45,738 nucleotides of DNA from Candidatus Pacearchaeota archaeon (GCA_038885615.1 JAVZZP010000004.1:1-45738), one strand, 5' to 3'; counted from the stretch's first letter, positions 15,978 to 26,516 are shown. Made by a program: numbers and translations. Notes: generated by a model from the sequence alone, not told the origin.

Positions 15978-16325
15978 ATGAAGAAAAAAGAAAGAAAAAA
16001 AGTAATAGTAATAATTTTTACTTCCTTTCTTATTTTAGCATTTTTGCTTCTTCTTTTAACAAATCTCAATAGAGATAACAAACAAATTAGAGGAGTGGAA
16101 GCAAAAGAAGTTGAATGTTACAAAGATAGCGATTGCTTGATAATTAGAGGAAGCTGTTGTCCATGCAATAATGGTGGTAGCCCTCAGTGCATTCCTCAGA
16201 AAAACCTTTTAGAATTTACCAGAGCTCTTGAAAAATGCTCCTCTAAAGGAGCTTGTTTTAATGAAGATTGTGGAAAGATAAGTTGCGGTTGTGTCAATAA
16301 CAAATGTGTTGGCCAAAGAATATAA
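15978..16325 (+). CDS. Membrane-anchored/secreted cysteine-rich protein
   Basis: Basic N-terminus, TM helix, then 12 Cys in about 70 aa. Confidence 0.7.
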   Translation: MKKKERKKVIVIIFTSFLILAFLLLLLTNLNRDNKQIRGVEAKEVECYKDSDCLIIRGSCCPCNNGGSPQCIPQKNLLEFTRALEKCSSKGACFNEDCGKISCGCVNNKCVGQRI

Positions 16326-16360
16326 CAAAAATATTTAAACTGATTTAGATAGAAAAATTT

Positions 16361-19300
16361 ATGAAAAAAAAGCATAATTTTATTTTTTTAGTTAGTGTTT
16401 TATTATTTATTCTTCTATTTTCCATTTGTTTAATCCAAGGAAAAGCTGCTTCTTTAAATCAAAATGAAATTCAAAAGTTAAGTTATGAAGTTTTAAGTGC
16501 TGCAGAAAAAAATGAGGAAAAAATAAAAGTAATTGTTGAGCTTGAAGACAAAATTATTGAAAAAGGAAAATTTGGCATTGCTTCTGTGAAAAATGTTGAT
16601 AAAAATAATTTTATCATGAAAAACGAAAAAATAAGGAAAAAAATAAAGCATAATTTTATTTATTCAAATGGTTTTTCAGCAGAGCTCTCCTCTTCTGAAG
16701 TAGAGGAATTGGCAAAAAAACCAGAAGTAAAAAAAATTTACTACGACTATCCTGTTCAGGCATTTTTACAACAATCAGTTCCATTAATTAATGCTTCCTC
16801 TTCTTGGAACTTGCAAGTTGATGAAATAAATTTAACTGGCGAAGGACAAACTGTTTGCATAATTGACACAGGGGTTGATTATAGGCATAGTGATTTAGGT
16901 GGCTGTACGAAAATATTTTCAAACACTAGCGAAGAGCAAAATATTGGCCCCCTGATTTCTCCAGGATATCCAAATAATTATCCGAATTATAATGATTATT
17001 GTAATAATACTCACAATATCTCTGTTAACGCAAATAGATTTGAGATCTATTTTGATGATTTAGATATAAATTATGATGATTATCTTTTTTTAACAGATGA
17101 AAGAGACAATGTTTTTTGGTGGTTTACTAACGAGAATGGAAGGGGGTGGGGCCCAGTAAGTCCAACTAACTTTGTTAAGTTATATCTTTGTACAAACTCT
17201 TCTTCTGGAAGAGGGTATAATATAACAAGAGTAAGAGTGTATAATTTAACTAGACAATGCGAGAAGATAATAGATGGACACGATTTTTACAACGGAGATT
17301 TTGACCCTCTCGATGACCACGGCCACGGCACTCATGTCGTAGGAATTGTTGGAGCAAATGAAACAATAAAAGGAGTTGCTCCTGGCGCAAAGATTGTTGC
17401 TGTAAAAGCTCTTAGCAGCAATGGTGGCGGAGTTTCTTCTGATATTATTGCCGGAATAGAATATTGCATAAACAAAAGCGAAGAATTAAATATTTCTGTT
17501 ATAAGCATGAGTTTAGGTGAAGAGTTAGCAGATAATTATTGCGATAATAACGAAAATGGCGAAATCTGGACTTCTTCAATAAATCTTGCTGTCTCAAAAA
17601 ACATCTCTGTTGTTGTGGCAACAGGGAATGGTTTAAATAATGATGGAAATGGTAGAAATAATTCTGTTTCTTATCCTGCTTGTATTTTCAATTCAACCCG
17701 CGTTGGCTCAACGACAAAAAGCGATGGGGTTTCTTCTTTCTCAAATCGTTGGGCTTTAGAAATGCTGATGGCTCCGGGAAGTTCAATAAACTCTACAAAA
17801 ATAAACGGAGACTATACAACTATGTCGGGAACATCAATGGCAACACCCCATGTTTCTGGGGCAATTGCAATAATAAGGCAATATTTAGCAATGACGAACA
17901 GAACAATGACTCCAAAAGAAATTGAATTTTTGCTTAATAAAACTGGAAAAAGCATTTCTGCCGACGGAAGAACTTATAAAAGAATAGACTTGCTTTCTGC
18001 TTTGCTTGAAATTGATGTAACGCCGCCAAAAATAAATGTTTCTGGAATTGAAAACAACACAAAAACTCTCGAAAGAAATCTGACTTTTAATTATTCTGTT
18101 AGTGACTGGCAGCTTGCAAATGTAACTTTGTATTTGTTTAATTCGGGCGGCCTTTATAGAAATGAGACAAAAAACCTTGAAGGAACATTCAATGAAAGTT
18201 TTTTTTATGTTGAAAATCTAACCTCGGATTTTTATTCTTGGTATATTAATGTGAGTGACAAAAAAGGAAATACAGCAACAAGTGAAATAGGAATTTTCGA
18301 AATGAAAGCAATTGATTTAAATTTAAATCCAAAAAACAACACCTACATAAACACAAACCAAACTTTTTTTAATTGTTCTGCCTTTTCTAATGACTACAAT
18401 TTAACAAATATAACAATTTATCTTTGGAATTTCTCTAATGAAAGAGAACTTCTAAAAAATCAAACTTTTGAAGTTTCTGGAAATGAAAACTCTTCTTTAA
18501 TGGAATACAATTTCACAGAAGAAGGAGAATACTTATGGGGATGTGAAGTTTTCAATGAGAACAATGAAAAAGAATTTTTAAACTATACCCTAACCTTTGA
18601 TATAACAATACCAAATTTAACAAAACTTGAAAAATCAACAACGCATAATTCTGCGACGATAAAAATAAACACAACCGAAGAAACAAATGCAACAATAGAA
18701 ATTATTGGAAAAGAAACAAAAACAAATTCCTCTTTTTCTTTTGAAAAAACTTTCTATTTCGAAGGGCTTTCAGCAAGCACAACTTACAATTTTAATTTAA
18801 CTTTTTGCGATAGAGCAAGTAATTGCAACAATTCAGAAGAAAGTTTTATAACTAGCGCGGCTCCTTCCTCGGGCGGTGGCTCTTTCGGTGGCGGCGGTGG
18901 CGGGGGAGGAGGCGGTGGCGGAAAAAAAGAGATTTTTGTAAGCTCCTTAGAACTAATGAACGGAATAACAAAAGAATTCTCTGTCGGAGATGAAATAAAA
19001 TTTCAAAAGACTAGTCAAAACCATACGCTAAAACTGAACAAAATTCAAAACAACTCTGCAAACATAACAATAAGAAGCGAACAAATAAATTTTGTGATTT
19101 TTGTCGGAGAGGAAAAAAAGTTTAATTTAAGTTCTAAGGATTTCTATGATTTATACATAAAACTTAATGAAATAAAAAATAACAAAGCAAATCTAACAAT
19201 AAAAGAAATCAATGAGAAAATATATAAAGAAGAAGATAAGAAAATTGAAGATAAAAATGAAGATAAAATTCCACAAATTAATTCTTTAAAAGAAAACCCT

Positions 19301-19441
19301 ACAAAAATAAATTATTATATTTATACAACCCATATTTTACTTTCTGTTTTGTTGATAATTTTTGTAACAAAAATAATAAAAAAGGTAAAAACATTAATTA
19401 AAAATGAAAAAACCAAAACTAAATCCAAGCGCAAGAGATAA
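16361..19441 (+). CDS. Surface-anchored S8 (subtilisin-like) serine protease
   Basis: Signal peptide, I9-like propeptide, triad IIDTG / HGTHV / GTSMATPH, Asn/Thr-rich beta repeats with many NxS/T sequons, poly-Gly linker, C-terminal TM. Confidence 0.92.
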   Translation: MKKKHNFIFLVSVLLFILLFSICLIQGKAASLNQNEIQKLSYEVLSAAEKNEEKIKVIVELEDKIIEKGKFGIASVKNVDKNNFIMKNEKIRKKIKHNFIYSNGFSAELSSSEVEELAKKPEVKKIYYDYPVQAFLQQSVPLINASSSWNLQVDEINLTGEGQTVCIIDTGVDYRHSDLGGCTKIFSNTSEEQNIGPLISPGYPNNYPNYNDYCNNTHNISVNANRFEIYFDDLDINYDDYLFLTDERDNVFWWFTNENGRGWGPVSPTNFVKLYLCTNSSSGRGYNITRVRVYNLTRQCEKIIDGHDFYNGDFDPLDDHGHGTHVVGIVGANETIKGVAPGAKIVAVKALSSNGGGVSSDIIAGIEYCINKSEELNISVISMSLGEELADNYCDNNENGEIWTSSINLAVSKNISVVVATGNGLNNDGNGRNNSVSYPACIFNSTRVGSTTKSDGVSSFSNRWALEMLMAPGSSINSTKINGDYTTMSGTSMATPHVSGAIAIIRQYLAMTNRTMTPKEIEFLLNKTGKSISADGRTYKRIDLLSALLEIDVTPPKINVSGIENNTKTLERNLTFNYSVSDWQLANVTLYLFNSGGLYRNETKNLEGTFNESFFYVENLTSDFYSWYINVSDKKGNTATSEIGIFEMKAIDLNLNPKNNTYINTNQTFFNCSAFSNDYNLTNITIYLWNFSNERELLKNQTFEVSGNENSSLMEYNFTEEGEYLWGCEVFNENNEKEFLNYTLTFDITIPNLTKLEKSTTHNSATIKINTTEETNATIEIIGKETKTNSSFSFEKTFYFEGLSASTTYNFNLTFCDRASNCNNSEESFITSAAPSSGGGSFGGGGGGGGGGGGKKEIFVSSLELMNGITKEFSVGDEIKFQKTSQNHTLKLNKIQNNSANITIRSEQINFVIFVGEEKKFNLSSKDFYDLYIKLNEIKNNKANLTIKEINEKIYKEEDKKIEDKNEDKIPQINSLKENPTKINYYIYTTHILLSVLLIIFVTKIIKKVKTLIKNEKTKTKSKRKR
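18870..18922 (+). repeat. GGN codon run encoding a poly-glycine linker
   Basis: GC-rich (GGC/GGT/GGA/GGG) run translating to GGGSFGGGGGGGGGGGG. Confidence 0.8.
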
Positions 19442-19682
19442 TAGAAGATATTTTTTAGTTCAATGTGAAGACGAAAAGAAAATAGAAAAAGCTATTCTTG
19501 ATTATATTGGAATTTTAGGAATGGCAAAAGCGGCCTATTTTCTTGTTGAAAAAAAAGACAATCTTATTATTGGTTCTTGTGTTAGAGAAAAATTAAATGA
19601 TGTTTTGGCTTCACTTGCTTTTGCAGGTCTGAAAGTAAAAAGAGTTTCTGGCACAATAAAAGGATTAAATAAAAAAGCTTAA
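19404..19682 (+). CDS. RNase P protein Pop5/Rpp14 family
   Basis: PSARDNRRY N-terminus, VSGTIKG C-terminus; directly upstream of proteasome alpha. Confidence 0.8.
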   Translation: MKKPKLNPSARDNRRYFLVQCEDEKKIEKAILDYIGILGMAKAAYFLVEKKDNLIIGSCVREKLNDVLASLAFAGLKVKRVSGTIKGLNKKA

Positions 19683-19714
19683 AAAGACAAGGGAATTAAA
19701 ATAAAAGAGGTTCT

Positions 19715-20413
19715 ATGGAAGACGTTCAACATCAAGTAATGGGGTATGATAGGGCAGCAACAATGTTTGCTCCAGATGGGCATATACTTCAAGTTGAGTA
19801 TGCTGAAAAAACAGTTCGTCTTGGAAGCCCTTCTATAGGAATTGTCTGCAAAGACGGAGTTATCTTGATTTCTGACAGAAGACAAAAAGATGTTCTAATA
19901 ATAGAAAGCTCTCTAAACAAAGTATCACAAATTGACGAACATATAATGTGCGTAGTAGCTGGAATTTTATCTGATGCAAGAGTTTTAATAGACAGGGCAA
20001 GATTAATAGCTCAACAACATAGAGTAACTTATGATTCTCCTGCACACACTGAAGCAATTGTTAAAGAAATAGCAGACATAAAACAACAGTTCACACAATA
20101 CGGTGGGGCAAGACCTTTTGGAACTTCTTTAATGATAGCAGGTGTCAACAGTGAAGCAGAACTTTTTGTAACTGATGTAACAGGAAATTACTTGAAATAT
20201 AAAGCTTGGGCAATAGGGGAAGATGATGAAAAACTGAGAGAAAAACTGAGAGAAAAATACAAAGAAGGTTTAACCTGTGAAGAAGGAATAAAGCTTGCTT
20301 TGGCAATTTTCAAAGAAGTTTATGGTGATAAATTTGAAAAAGAAAGATTTGATATTGGCATAATAAAAAAAGATACTAAAAAAATAGAAATGAAAAATGG
20401 AAAAGATTTTTGA
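19715..20413 (+). CDS. psmA: Proteasome subunit alpha
   Basis: GYDRAATMFAPDGHILQVEYA, TQYGGARPFG; GAGGT SD. Confidence 0.96.
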   Translation: MEDVQHQVMGYDRAATMFAPDGHILQVEYAEKTVRLGSPSIGIVCKDGVILISDRRQKDVLIIESSLNKVSQIDEHIMCVVAGILSDARVLIDRARLIAQQHRVTYDSPAHTEAIVKEIADIKQQFTQYGGARPFGTSLMIAGVNSEAELFVTDVTGNYLKYKAWAIGEDDEKLREKLREKYKEGLTCEEGIKLALAIFKEVYGDKFEKERFDIGIIKKDTKKIEMKNGKDF

Positions 20414-20787
20414 TAATAATTTCTAGAACAATATTACATTACTAATATTATCTGGTTTTATAAAATTACTAGTGAACTAGAGGAAGAATAAGAATTATAA
20501 TCTGCTTTATATTATACTACTATACTTTTTCTTATTTTGTTATTATAAAGATGATTCTTAATTACTTCAATAATTAATTTAAACAAGGAAATCTAAAAAA
20601 TCAATTATTTTTTTATAAACTTTTTTCTATAATTAAAATAGATTCTTACCGAAGAATTAACCATAAAATCCAATTTTTTTTAATCTTTTAATATTATAAA
20701 TGTTTTTCCCCCTTAAAAATTTAATCTAAAGGGTTATTAAAAAGAATCGCTCGAAAGCTTTAAAAATAAACCAAACTATATCTGATT

Positions 20788-21270
20788 ATGGTTTTAAGTA
20801 AAAGAGGGATTAGTCCTGTAGTTGCAACAGTTTTATTAATATCTTTAGCAATAATATTAGCAATGATAGTTCTTCTTTGGGCAAGAGGTTTTTTTACAGA
20901 ACAAATAGAGAAAAATGGAAAAAATATAGAAAATGTTTGCAAAGAGGCAAAAATAGAAGTGCTTTATGATAACACTCTTGGTCCAAACAATAATTTAAAA
21001 ATGAGGGTAAAAAACACTGGCTCAATAATTATAGGAGCAGTAGAGATTAGAGAAGAAGGAAAAGAAAAGAAAGTAAGAAGTCAAAATGTTAGCTTAAATC
21101 CGGGAATGGTATCCGGGGAGATTAATTATATAATTAGTGATATAGCCAGCTTAAAGCAAATAAAAGTTTATCCTAGCTTACTTGGAACTGTCAAAGGAAA
21201 GAATACAAACAAATTTGCAGCATGCTTAACAAACTCAGAAGTAATTAAAAAAGAAAAATTAATCATATAA
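20788..21270 (+). CDS. Archaeal type IV pilin
   Basis: Class III signal peptide KRG|ISPVVATVLLI plus hydrophobic helix. Confidence 0.85.
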   Translation: MVLSKRGISPVVATVLLISLAIILAMIVLLWARGFFTEQIEKNGKNIENVCKEAKIEVLYDNTLGPNNNLKMRVKNTGSIIIGAVEIREEGKEKKVRSQNVSLNPGMVSGEINYIISDIASLKQIKVYPSLLGTVKGKNTNKFAACLTNSEVIKKEKLII

Positions 21271-21301
21271 TTAAAAAAATGAAAGGAGGTATAAATAGGT
21301 T

Positions 21302-21781
21302 ATGAAAAATAAAAAAGGAGTAAGCGAAATAGTATCAACAGTCTTAATAGTAATGATTTCAATAGCGGCTATAGGAATAATCGCAGCAATTGTTGTTCCA
21401 ATGATAAGAGATAACTTATCTAGTGGACAGGGATGCTTTAAAGCCTTATCGGACATCTCCTTGGATAGGGAAGTTACTTGTGTTAGCTACAATGGAAGTA
21501 ATAGCCATATCATCTTTGGAATTCAAAAAGGTCCAGAGACATCCGTAGAAGTTGCAAAAATACAAGTTATTCTTTATAAGACAGATGGTAGCAGCATCAT
21601 AAAAGAACAAAACACCACTAACTTGGAGATAAACACAGTAAAGGTTTATAATACATCATTTAACAGCAACACTGAAAATTATACAGCAATAAACATTGTT
21701 CCGGTATTAAAGATTGGAAATAAGTTGAAAAATTGCGAAGCACCTAAAGAGAGAATTCCTTTGGTAGCTTGCAGTAGATAA
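21302..21781 (+). CDS. Archaeal type IV pilin (possibly major)
   Basis: KKG|VSEIVSTVLIV with Glu near +3; strong AGGAGGT SD at ~21284. Confidence 0.85.
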   Translation: MKNKKGVSEIVSTVLIVMISIAAIGIIAAIVVPMIRDNLSSGQGCFKALSDISLDREVTCVSYNGSNSHIIFGIQKGPETSVEVAKIQVILYKTDGSSIIKEQNTTNLEINTVKVYNTSFNSNTENYTAINIVPVLKIGNKLKNCEAPKERIPLVACSR

Positions 21782-21814
21782 ATAAAAAAATTTATTTTTT
21801 AGTTTTTTTTAAAA

Positions 21815-22333
21815 ATGAAAAAAAGTAATAGCTATGCTCAGGTTTGGGTAGAAACAGTAGTTTATACACTTATTGGGCTAACAATAATTGGAATTATTTT
21901 AGCTGTAGCAACCCCAAAAATAAATGAACTAAAAGATAAAAGCATAATTGATAGTTCTAGGCAATCCTTAAATGAAATAGACTCCATAATAAAAGATGTA
22001 TCTCTAGCAGCAGGAAACCAAAGGGTATTTGAAATCGAAGTAAAAAAAGGAAAATTTTTTTTTGATACAGAAAAAGAGGAGATATCTTTCTATTTAAAAA
22101 GCGATTATAAATATAGCGAACCTGGCCAAGAAATAAAGGAAGGCAATATCATTATTAAAACAATAGGAGAAAGTTCTCCTTATGAAGTCTATTTAAAAAT
22201 TAACTACTCTTCTCTAAATCTTACAATAAATTCCAAAGAGTTAATTGAAGAAATGCAATCATCCTCAAGACCCTATAAGTTAATAATTTTAAATAGAGGT
22301 GAACAAAATATAGATATAAGGCTAGACAAATGA
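21815..22333 (+). CDS. Pilin-like protein with class III-type signal
   Basis: KKSNSYA|QVWVE followed by a hydrophobic helix. Confidence 0.65.
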   Translation: MKKSNSYAQVWVETVVYTLIGLTIIGIILAVATPKINELKDKSIIDSSRQSLNEIDSIIKDVSLAAGNQRVFEIEVKKGKFFFDTEKEEISFYLKSDYKYSEPGQEIKEGNIIIKTIGESSPYEVYLKINYSSLNLTINSKELIEEMQSSSRPYKLIILNRGEQNIDIRLDK

Positions 22334-23847
22334 TAATAAAAGAATCTCCTATAATACCTGCACTTAGGTCTGTAGAAGACCCTAGTTCTATTAATGTAGT
22401 TTATCCACTTATTTCTCCTTTTGCTTATGCTCATATTTACTTTAATAATGAAACAAAACAATTGGAATATGATCTTATAGAACCAATATTATCCGACGAA
22501 AAATTATTAGAAAAAATAGAAAAATCTGTTAAAGAAAATATTGACATCCAAAAAGAATCTATAGAAAAAACCAAAGAAGATTATCTAAAAAGCTTGTTAG
22601 ATATTAATTTAAAAAATCAAAAAATTTCTCTTAATGAGAAAGATTATCTTAAAGTTTTTTATTATTTGTATAGGGATTTCTTTGGTTTAAATCAGATAGA
22701 ACCTTTAATGAATGATCCTTATATAGAAGATATTCAATGCAATGGTGTAAATCAACCAATATACCTCGTTCATAGGGTTTATAGAAATATGAAAACAAAC
22801 ATTATTTTTAAAGATATGGAAAAATTGGCTGCTTTTGTTGAAAAACTTGCTCAGAAATGCGGAAGATATATCTCTTATGCAAATCCAATTTTAGATGGAA
22901 GCTTGCCTGATGGTTCAAGAGTTAATGCAACCTACACAAAAGATATTACTTCAAAAGGACCAACATTCACAATAAGAAAATTTACAAAAATTCCACTAAC
23001 ACCAATAAATCTTATTCAGAATAGAAGCGTAAGTCCTGAGACGCTAGCTTATTTTTGGATACTTATGGAAAACAAACTAAATGTTCTTGTTGCTGGCGGA
23101 ACAGGATCTGGGAAAACAACTTTGCTTAATGCAATTGCATTTTTTATTCCAGACGAAGCAAGAGTTGTTTCTATTGAAGACACAAGGGAACTAAATCTGC
23201 CGAGAGAAAATTGGCTACCTTCTGTAGTAAGAGAAGGTTTATTAAGCGGCGGAGTAGGTGAAGTTGATATGTTTTCTTTATTAAAAGCTTCTTTTAGACA
23301 AATACCTGATTATGTTATTGTCGGCGAAGTTAGGGGAAAGGAGGCGGCTGTTTTATTTCAAGGAATGGCTTCTGGACACTCTTCTTTAGCAACAATACAC
23401 GCAGATTCTGTTGATGCGGTAATAAGAAGATTAGAAACTCCGCCAATAGAATTAAGCCCTTCTCTTGTAAATGAGTTAGATGTTGTAGCAATAATGACTC
23501 ATGCAAAAATAGGACAAACCGAAACAAGAAAACTAAAAGAAGTTGTTGAAATAATAAACGTAAATCCAGACGGAACTTCAGTTACCAACACTCCTCTTAT
23601 ATGGGACCCGTCAAAAGACAAGTTCTACTACAAGGAGGATTTTTACACTTTTAAAAAAATAGAAAAAAGAAAAGGAATATCCTATCAAAAATTGCTAGAA
23701 GAATTCAAAAAAAGAACAATACTTCTAAACAACCTCTCAATAAATCAAAAAAATATCTCTTTAGAAGAATTAAAAAAGATTATTACAGAGTACTATAAAA
23801 ACCAAGAGAATGTTCTGCTAAAATTTGGAGTTTCTTCTATAGCTTAG
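22330..23847 (+). CDS. Type IV pilus/secretion assembly ATPase (VirB11/FlaI/TadA family)
   Basis: GGTGSGKTT, SIEDTREL, RQIPDYVIVGEVRG, GHSSLATIHA. Confidence 0.93.
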   Translation: MIIKESPIIPALRSVEDPSSINVVYPLISPFAYAHIYFNNETKQLEYDLIEPILSDEKLLEKIEKSVKENIDIQKESIEKTKEDYLKSLLDINLKNQKISLNEKDYLKVFYYLYRDFFGLNQIEPLMNDPYIEDIQCNGVNQPIYLVHRVYRNMKTNIIFKDMEKLAAFVEKLAQKCGRYISYANPILDGSLPDGSRVNATYTKDITSKGPTFTIRKFTKIPLTPINLIQNRSVSPETLAYFWILMENKLNVLVAGGTGSGKTTLLNAIAFFIPDEARVVSIEDTRELNLPRENWLPSVVREGLLSGGVGEVDMFSLLKASFRQIPDYVIVGEVRGKEAAVLFQGMASGHSSLATIHADSVDAVIRRLETPPIELSPSLVNELDVVAIMTHAKIGQTETRKLKEVVEIINVNPDGTSVTNTPLIWDPSKDKFYYKEDFYTFKKIEKRKGISYQKLLEEFKKRTILLNNLSINQKNISLEELKKIITEYYKNQENVLLKFGVSSIA

Positions 23848-25066
23848 TAGATTTGAATTTTTTAATCAAAACACCCATGCTCTTAGCAATAATTTTTTGT
23901 TTTCCTAAAAATTCCCCTAAATTAAATTTTTCATAAGAAAAAGAAAGTCCTTTCTCAAAATAAACCTTTTTTCTCTTGAGCCTAAATCTTTTAAGTGAAT
24001 CAATCATCTCTCTTTTTGGACCAAAAATTTTTATTTTTTCTTTTATTAAAATTGAAAAAAACGCCTTTGAGCTTTTTCCACCAGAATAAACAAACTTAGA
24101 ATCAAGGATTTTTTGTTGTTTTTTTTCAAATTCTTCTTTTAAAAAATCAAAGAATTTTTTCATTTTTGTTGCAGCAACATCTTCTTTTTCTTTTAAAGAA
24201 TACAAATCCAAAATCAAAATAACTGCTTTGCTTTTTTTCGCTTTATTAAAAAATTCTTTTTCATCGAAAGTTTTTCTTCTAAAAAATTCCAAAGAAGGTT
24301 TTTTTAAGAATTCTTTTGCCTTATCCTTTAAAACAGAAAAACTCTCCTCTGAAAGTCCTGCGCAAAGGTTCCTATATTTATAAACAGGATCAATTAAAAT
24401 TAAAGGAGAAGAAATTTTTTGCTCATTTATCTCTCTTCTCGCTTCTTTTTCATTTTTGTAATACCTTTCTACGTCTATAAATCTGTCTTTTTGAATTTTT
24501 TTCAAAAATTTTAAGAAAGTTCCATAATAGCAAATTAAAACTTCTATTGCATAACCAGAAAAACCTCTTATGTAGCTCTCTGCTCCATAAATTTCATTTG
24601 CTTGACAAAAAGCCTTTGCCAATTTTATCTCTTCTTTCAGTTTGGAATTATTCTTTATCTTATTTTTTATATAGGTGACATGAAGCGGAGAAAAATCAGT
24701 TACATTTTTTACCTCTTCCTTTTTTCTTATTTTTACTAAGGGAACTATTTCAAAAAAAATATTGCCTTCTCTTACTCTCAAATAATCCCTAGAACCATGA
24801 AGAGCCTCATATTTTATGCCTATTTTTTTTACATAAAACTCTAAATTTTTTGTTTCATCCTCATCATCAAAAATTACAAATATATCAACATCTTGCTTAT
24901 CTTTTTTTATCAAGGTCCCCTTGGATAAACTTCCACCAACAATTATCTTTTTTTTGATATACTTCGATAAAATTTTAATGAATTCCTCGGTTTTTTTTAA
25001 GATGTCTTTTTCCTCTTTTTCAGATAAAGAGATTTCTTTTAAGACCTCTTTAAAAATTTCTTTCAT
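23837..25066 (-). CDS. cca: CCA-adding enzyme (class I, archaeal)
   Basis: GGSLSKGT..DVDIF, DFSPLH, YGAESYIRGFSGY, IDPV..RN. Confidence 0.9.
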   Translation of the reverse strand: MKEIFKEVLKEISLSEKEEKDILKKTEEFIKILSKYIKKKIIVGGSLSKGTLIKKDKQDVDIFVIFDDEDETKNLEFYVKKIGIKYEALHGSRDYLRVREGNIFFEIVPLVKIRKKEEVKNVTDFSPLHVTYIKNKIKNNSKLKEEIKLAKAFCQANEIYGAESYIRGFSGYAIEVLICYYGTFLKFLKKIQKDRFIDVERYYKNEKEARREINEQKISSPLILIDPVYKYRNLCAGLSEESFSVLKDKAKEFLKKPSLEFFRRKTFDEKEFFNKAKKSKAVILILDLYSLKEKEDVAATKMKKFFDFLKEEFEKKQQKILDSKFVYSGGKSSKAFFSILIKEKIKIFGPKREMIDSLKRFRLKRKKVYFEKGLSFSYEKFNLGEFLGKQKIIAKSMGVLIKKFKSTKL

Positions 25067-25114
25067 AAAAATATAAAAAAAAAGTCCTTTATAAACCTAA
25101 TTTTAAAACAAAAA

Positions 25115-26434
25115 TTATACTTTTATAACTTCTATCTCTAGGTTTTTCTTTATTTCTTCAATAAATAATTTTTCATCTTCTTTTTTTATTAAACAGCCTG
25201 CAGCTTCCTTATGGCCACCAACCTCTGCTTTCAAATTAATAGAAGCTTTTTCCAATATCTGCTTAAGGTTTTTATCGCTCCTTCCAACAATTCTTGCAGA
25301 AACCTTTATTTTGTCTTGATTATAAGCCATGCCAACCAAAATTGTTCCATTGTCATAAATATTGGAAGAAGAGAGTATTGAACAAACGGTTCCAATTAGA
25401 GCATCCTTTATTCTTTCTCTTCCATTTAGAATAATAAACCCGTTACCTATAATTCTTTCTATTTCCTCCACTGCTTTTAAGCTATCTATTAGCTCTTTTC
25501 TATATTTTATGTATATTTCTTGTGCTCTTTCGTAAAAACCATTCAATTCTAAACAAAAAGACAAAGCTATATCAGAATGCCCTAACCTTGAACAAGCATT
25601 TACTAAAACACTTATTTCCCTAAGGTCTTCTTTTCTATTAAAAAATTTTGTAATGAAAATATTTCCTAGAATTTCTTCTTCCTTGAAGTTTTTGCCTCTA
25701 CTTAACATAATTCTAGTAATAAGCTTTGAAGTTTCTATTTCGTTTAGTTCATACAAACTTTTCTCAGGAGATATTCCAATATCTTTTAAAAGTTGATTAA
25801 CTCCTTCTGAAGAACCGGTTATTCCAGGTATAAAAAAAGATGTTGAATATTCTAAAGCTCTTCTTAGAGGTCTTGTAGCAGAAAAAATCAATAAACTTTT
25901 TTTTGTTTCTATTTCATCACAATCTTTTATTATTTCATAATACTCTTTTGACAAGTTTTGCTCGTGTCTATCCCCAATAACTCCTAAAAGAGCTATTTTA
26001 GACAAATCTCTGTTTTTGTTTGATATTTCCTTTGAAAAAAGATAACATAAAGCAGAAGAACACAAATTCTCCGAGTTTTTTAAATGAGGATTTATAATAA
26101 CAACATTTTTGTTTAATTTATTTGCGTCAATTTCGTGATGATCTATAATGAATATTTTTGATTCTATTCTTGAAAAATAATCCAGATTCGAAGAGCCAAG
26201 ATCACTGAAAAGCAAAACCTCTTTTTTGTGATTTTCTAATTCTTCCTTGATAATATTCTCATCTATTCCTTTAATTATGCGAACAGAAAATTTTTTATCT
26301 AATCTTTTTAAAGTTTTTATCAATATTGCAGCAGAGCTTATTCCATCAGTATCGTAATGACTTATTATTCTTACATTTTTATTTTTTATTTCGTTTAGAA
26401 ATTCTCCGACGAAGTTTTTTATTAGCGACCTCAT
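25115..26434 (-). CDS. RecJ/GAN-like DHH phosphoesterase
   Basis: HYDTDG, DLGS, IDHH, GVIGD, GGHKEAAG; adjacent to the S15 gene as is usual in archaea. Confidence 0.88.
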   Translation of the reverse strand: MRSLIKNFVGEFLNEIKNKNVRIISHYDTDGISSAAILIKTLKRLDKKFSVRIIKGIDENIIKEELENHKKEVLLFSDLGSSNLDYFSRIESKIFIIDHHEIDANKLNKNVVIINPHLKNSENLCSSALCYLFSKEISNKNRDLSKIALLGVIGDRHEQNLSKEYYEIIKDCDEIETKKSLLIFSATRPLRRALEYSTSFFIPGITGSSEGVNQLLKDIGISPEKSLYELNEIETSKLITRIMLSRGKNFKEEEILGNIFITKFFNRKEDLREISVLVNACSRLGHSDIALSFCLELNGFYERAQEIYIKYRKELIDSLKAVEEIERIIGNGFIILNGRERIKDALIGTVCSILSSSNIYDNGTILVGMAYNQDKIKVSARIVGRSDKNLKQILEKASINLKAEVGGHKEAAGCLIKKEDEKLFIEEIKKNLEIEVIKV

Positions 26435-26516
26435 TTTCAAAAACAGAAAAAAATATTATTAGATGTTTATAAATCTTTATTGCTTTTTTGCAGTAATAAA
26501 ATTTAAAATAGAAAAT

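Noticed and set aside
18870-18922. GC-rich island as a foreign or regulatory element
   Set aside because: Fully explained by poly-Gly codons.
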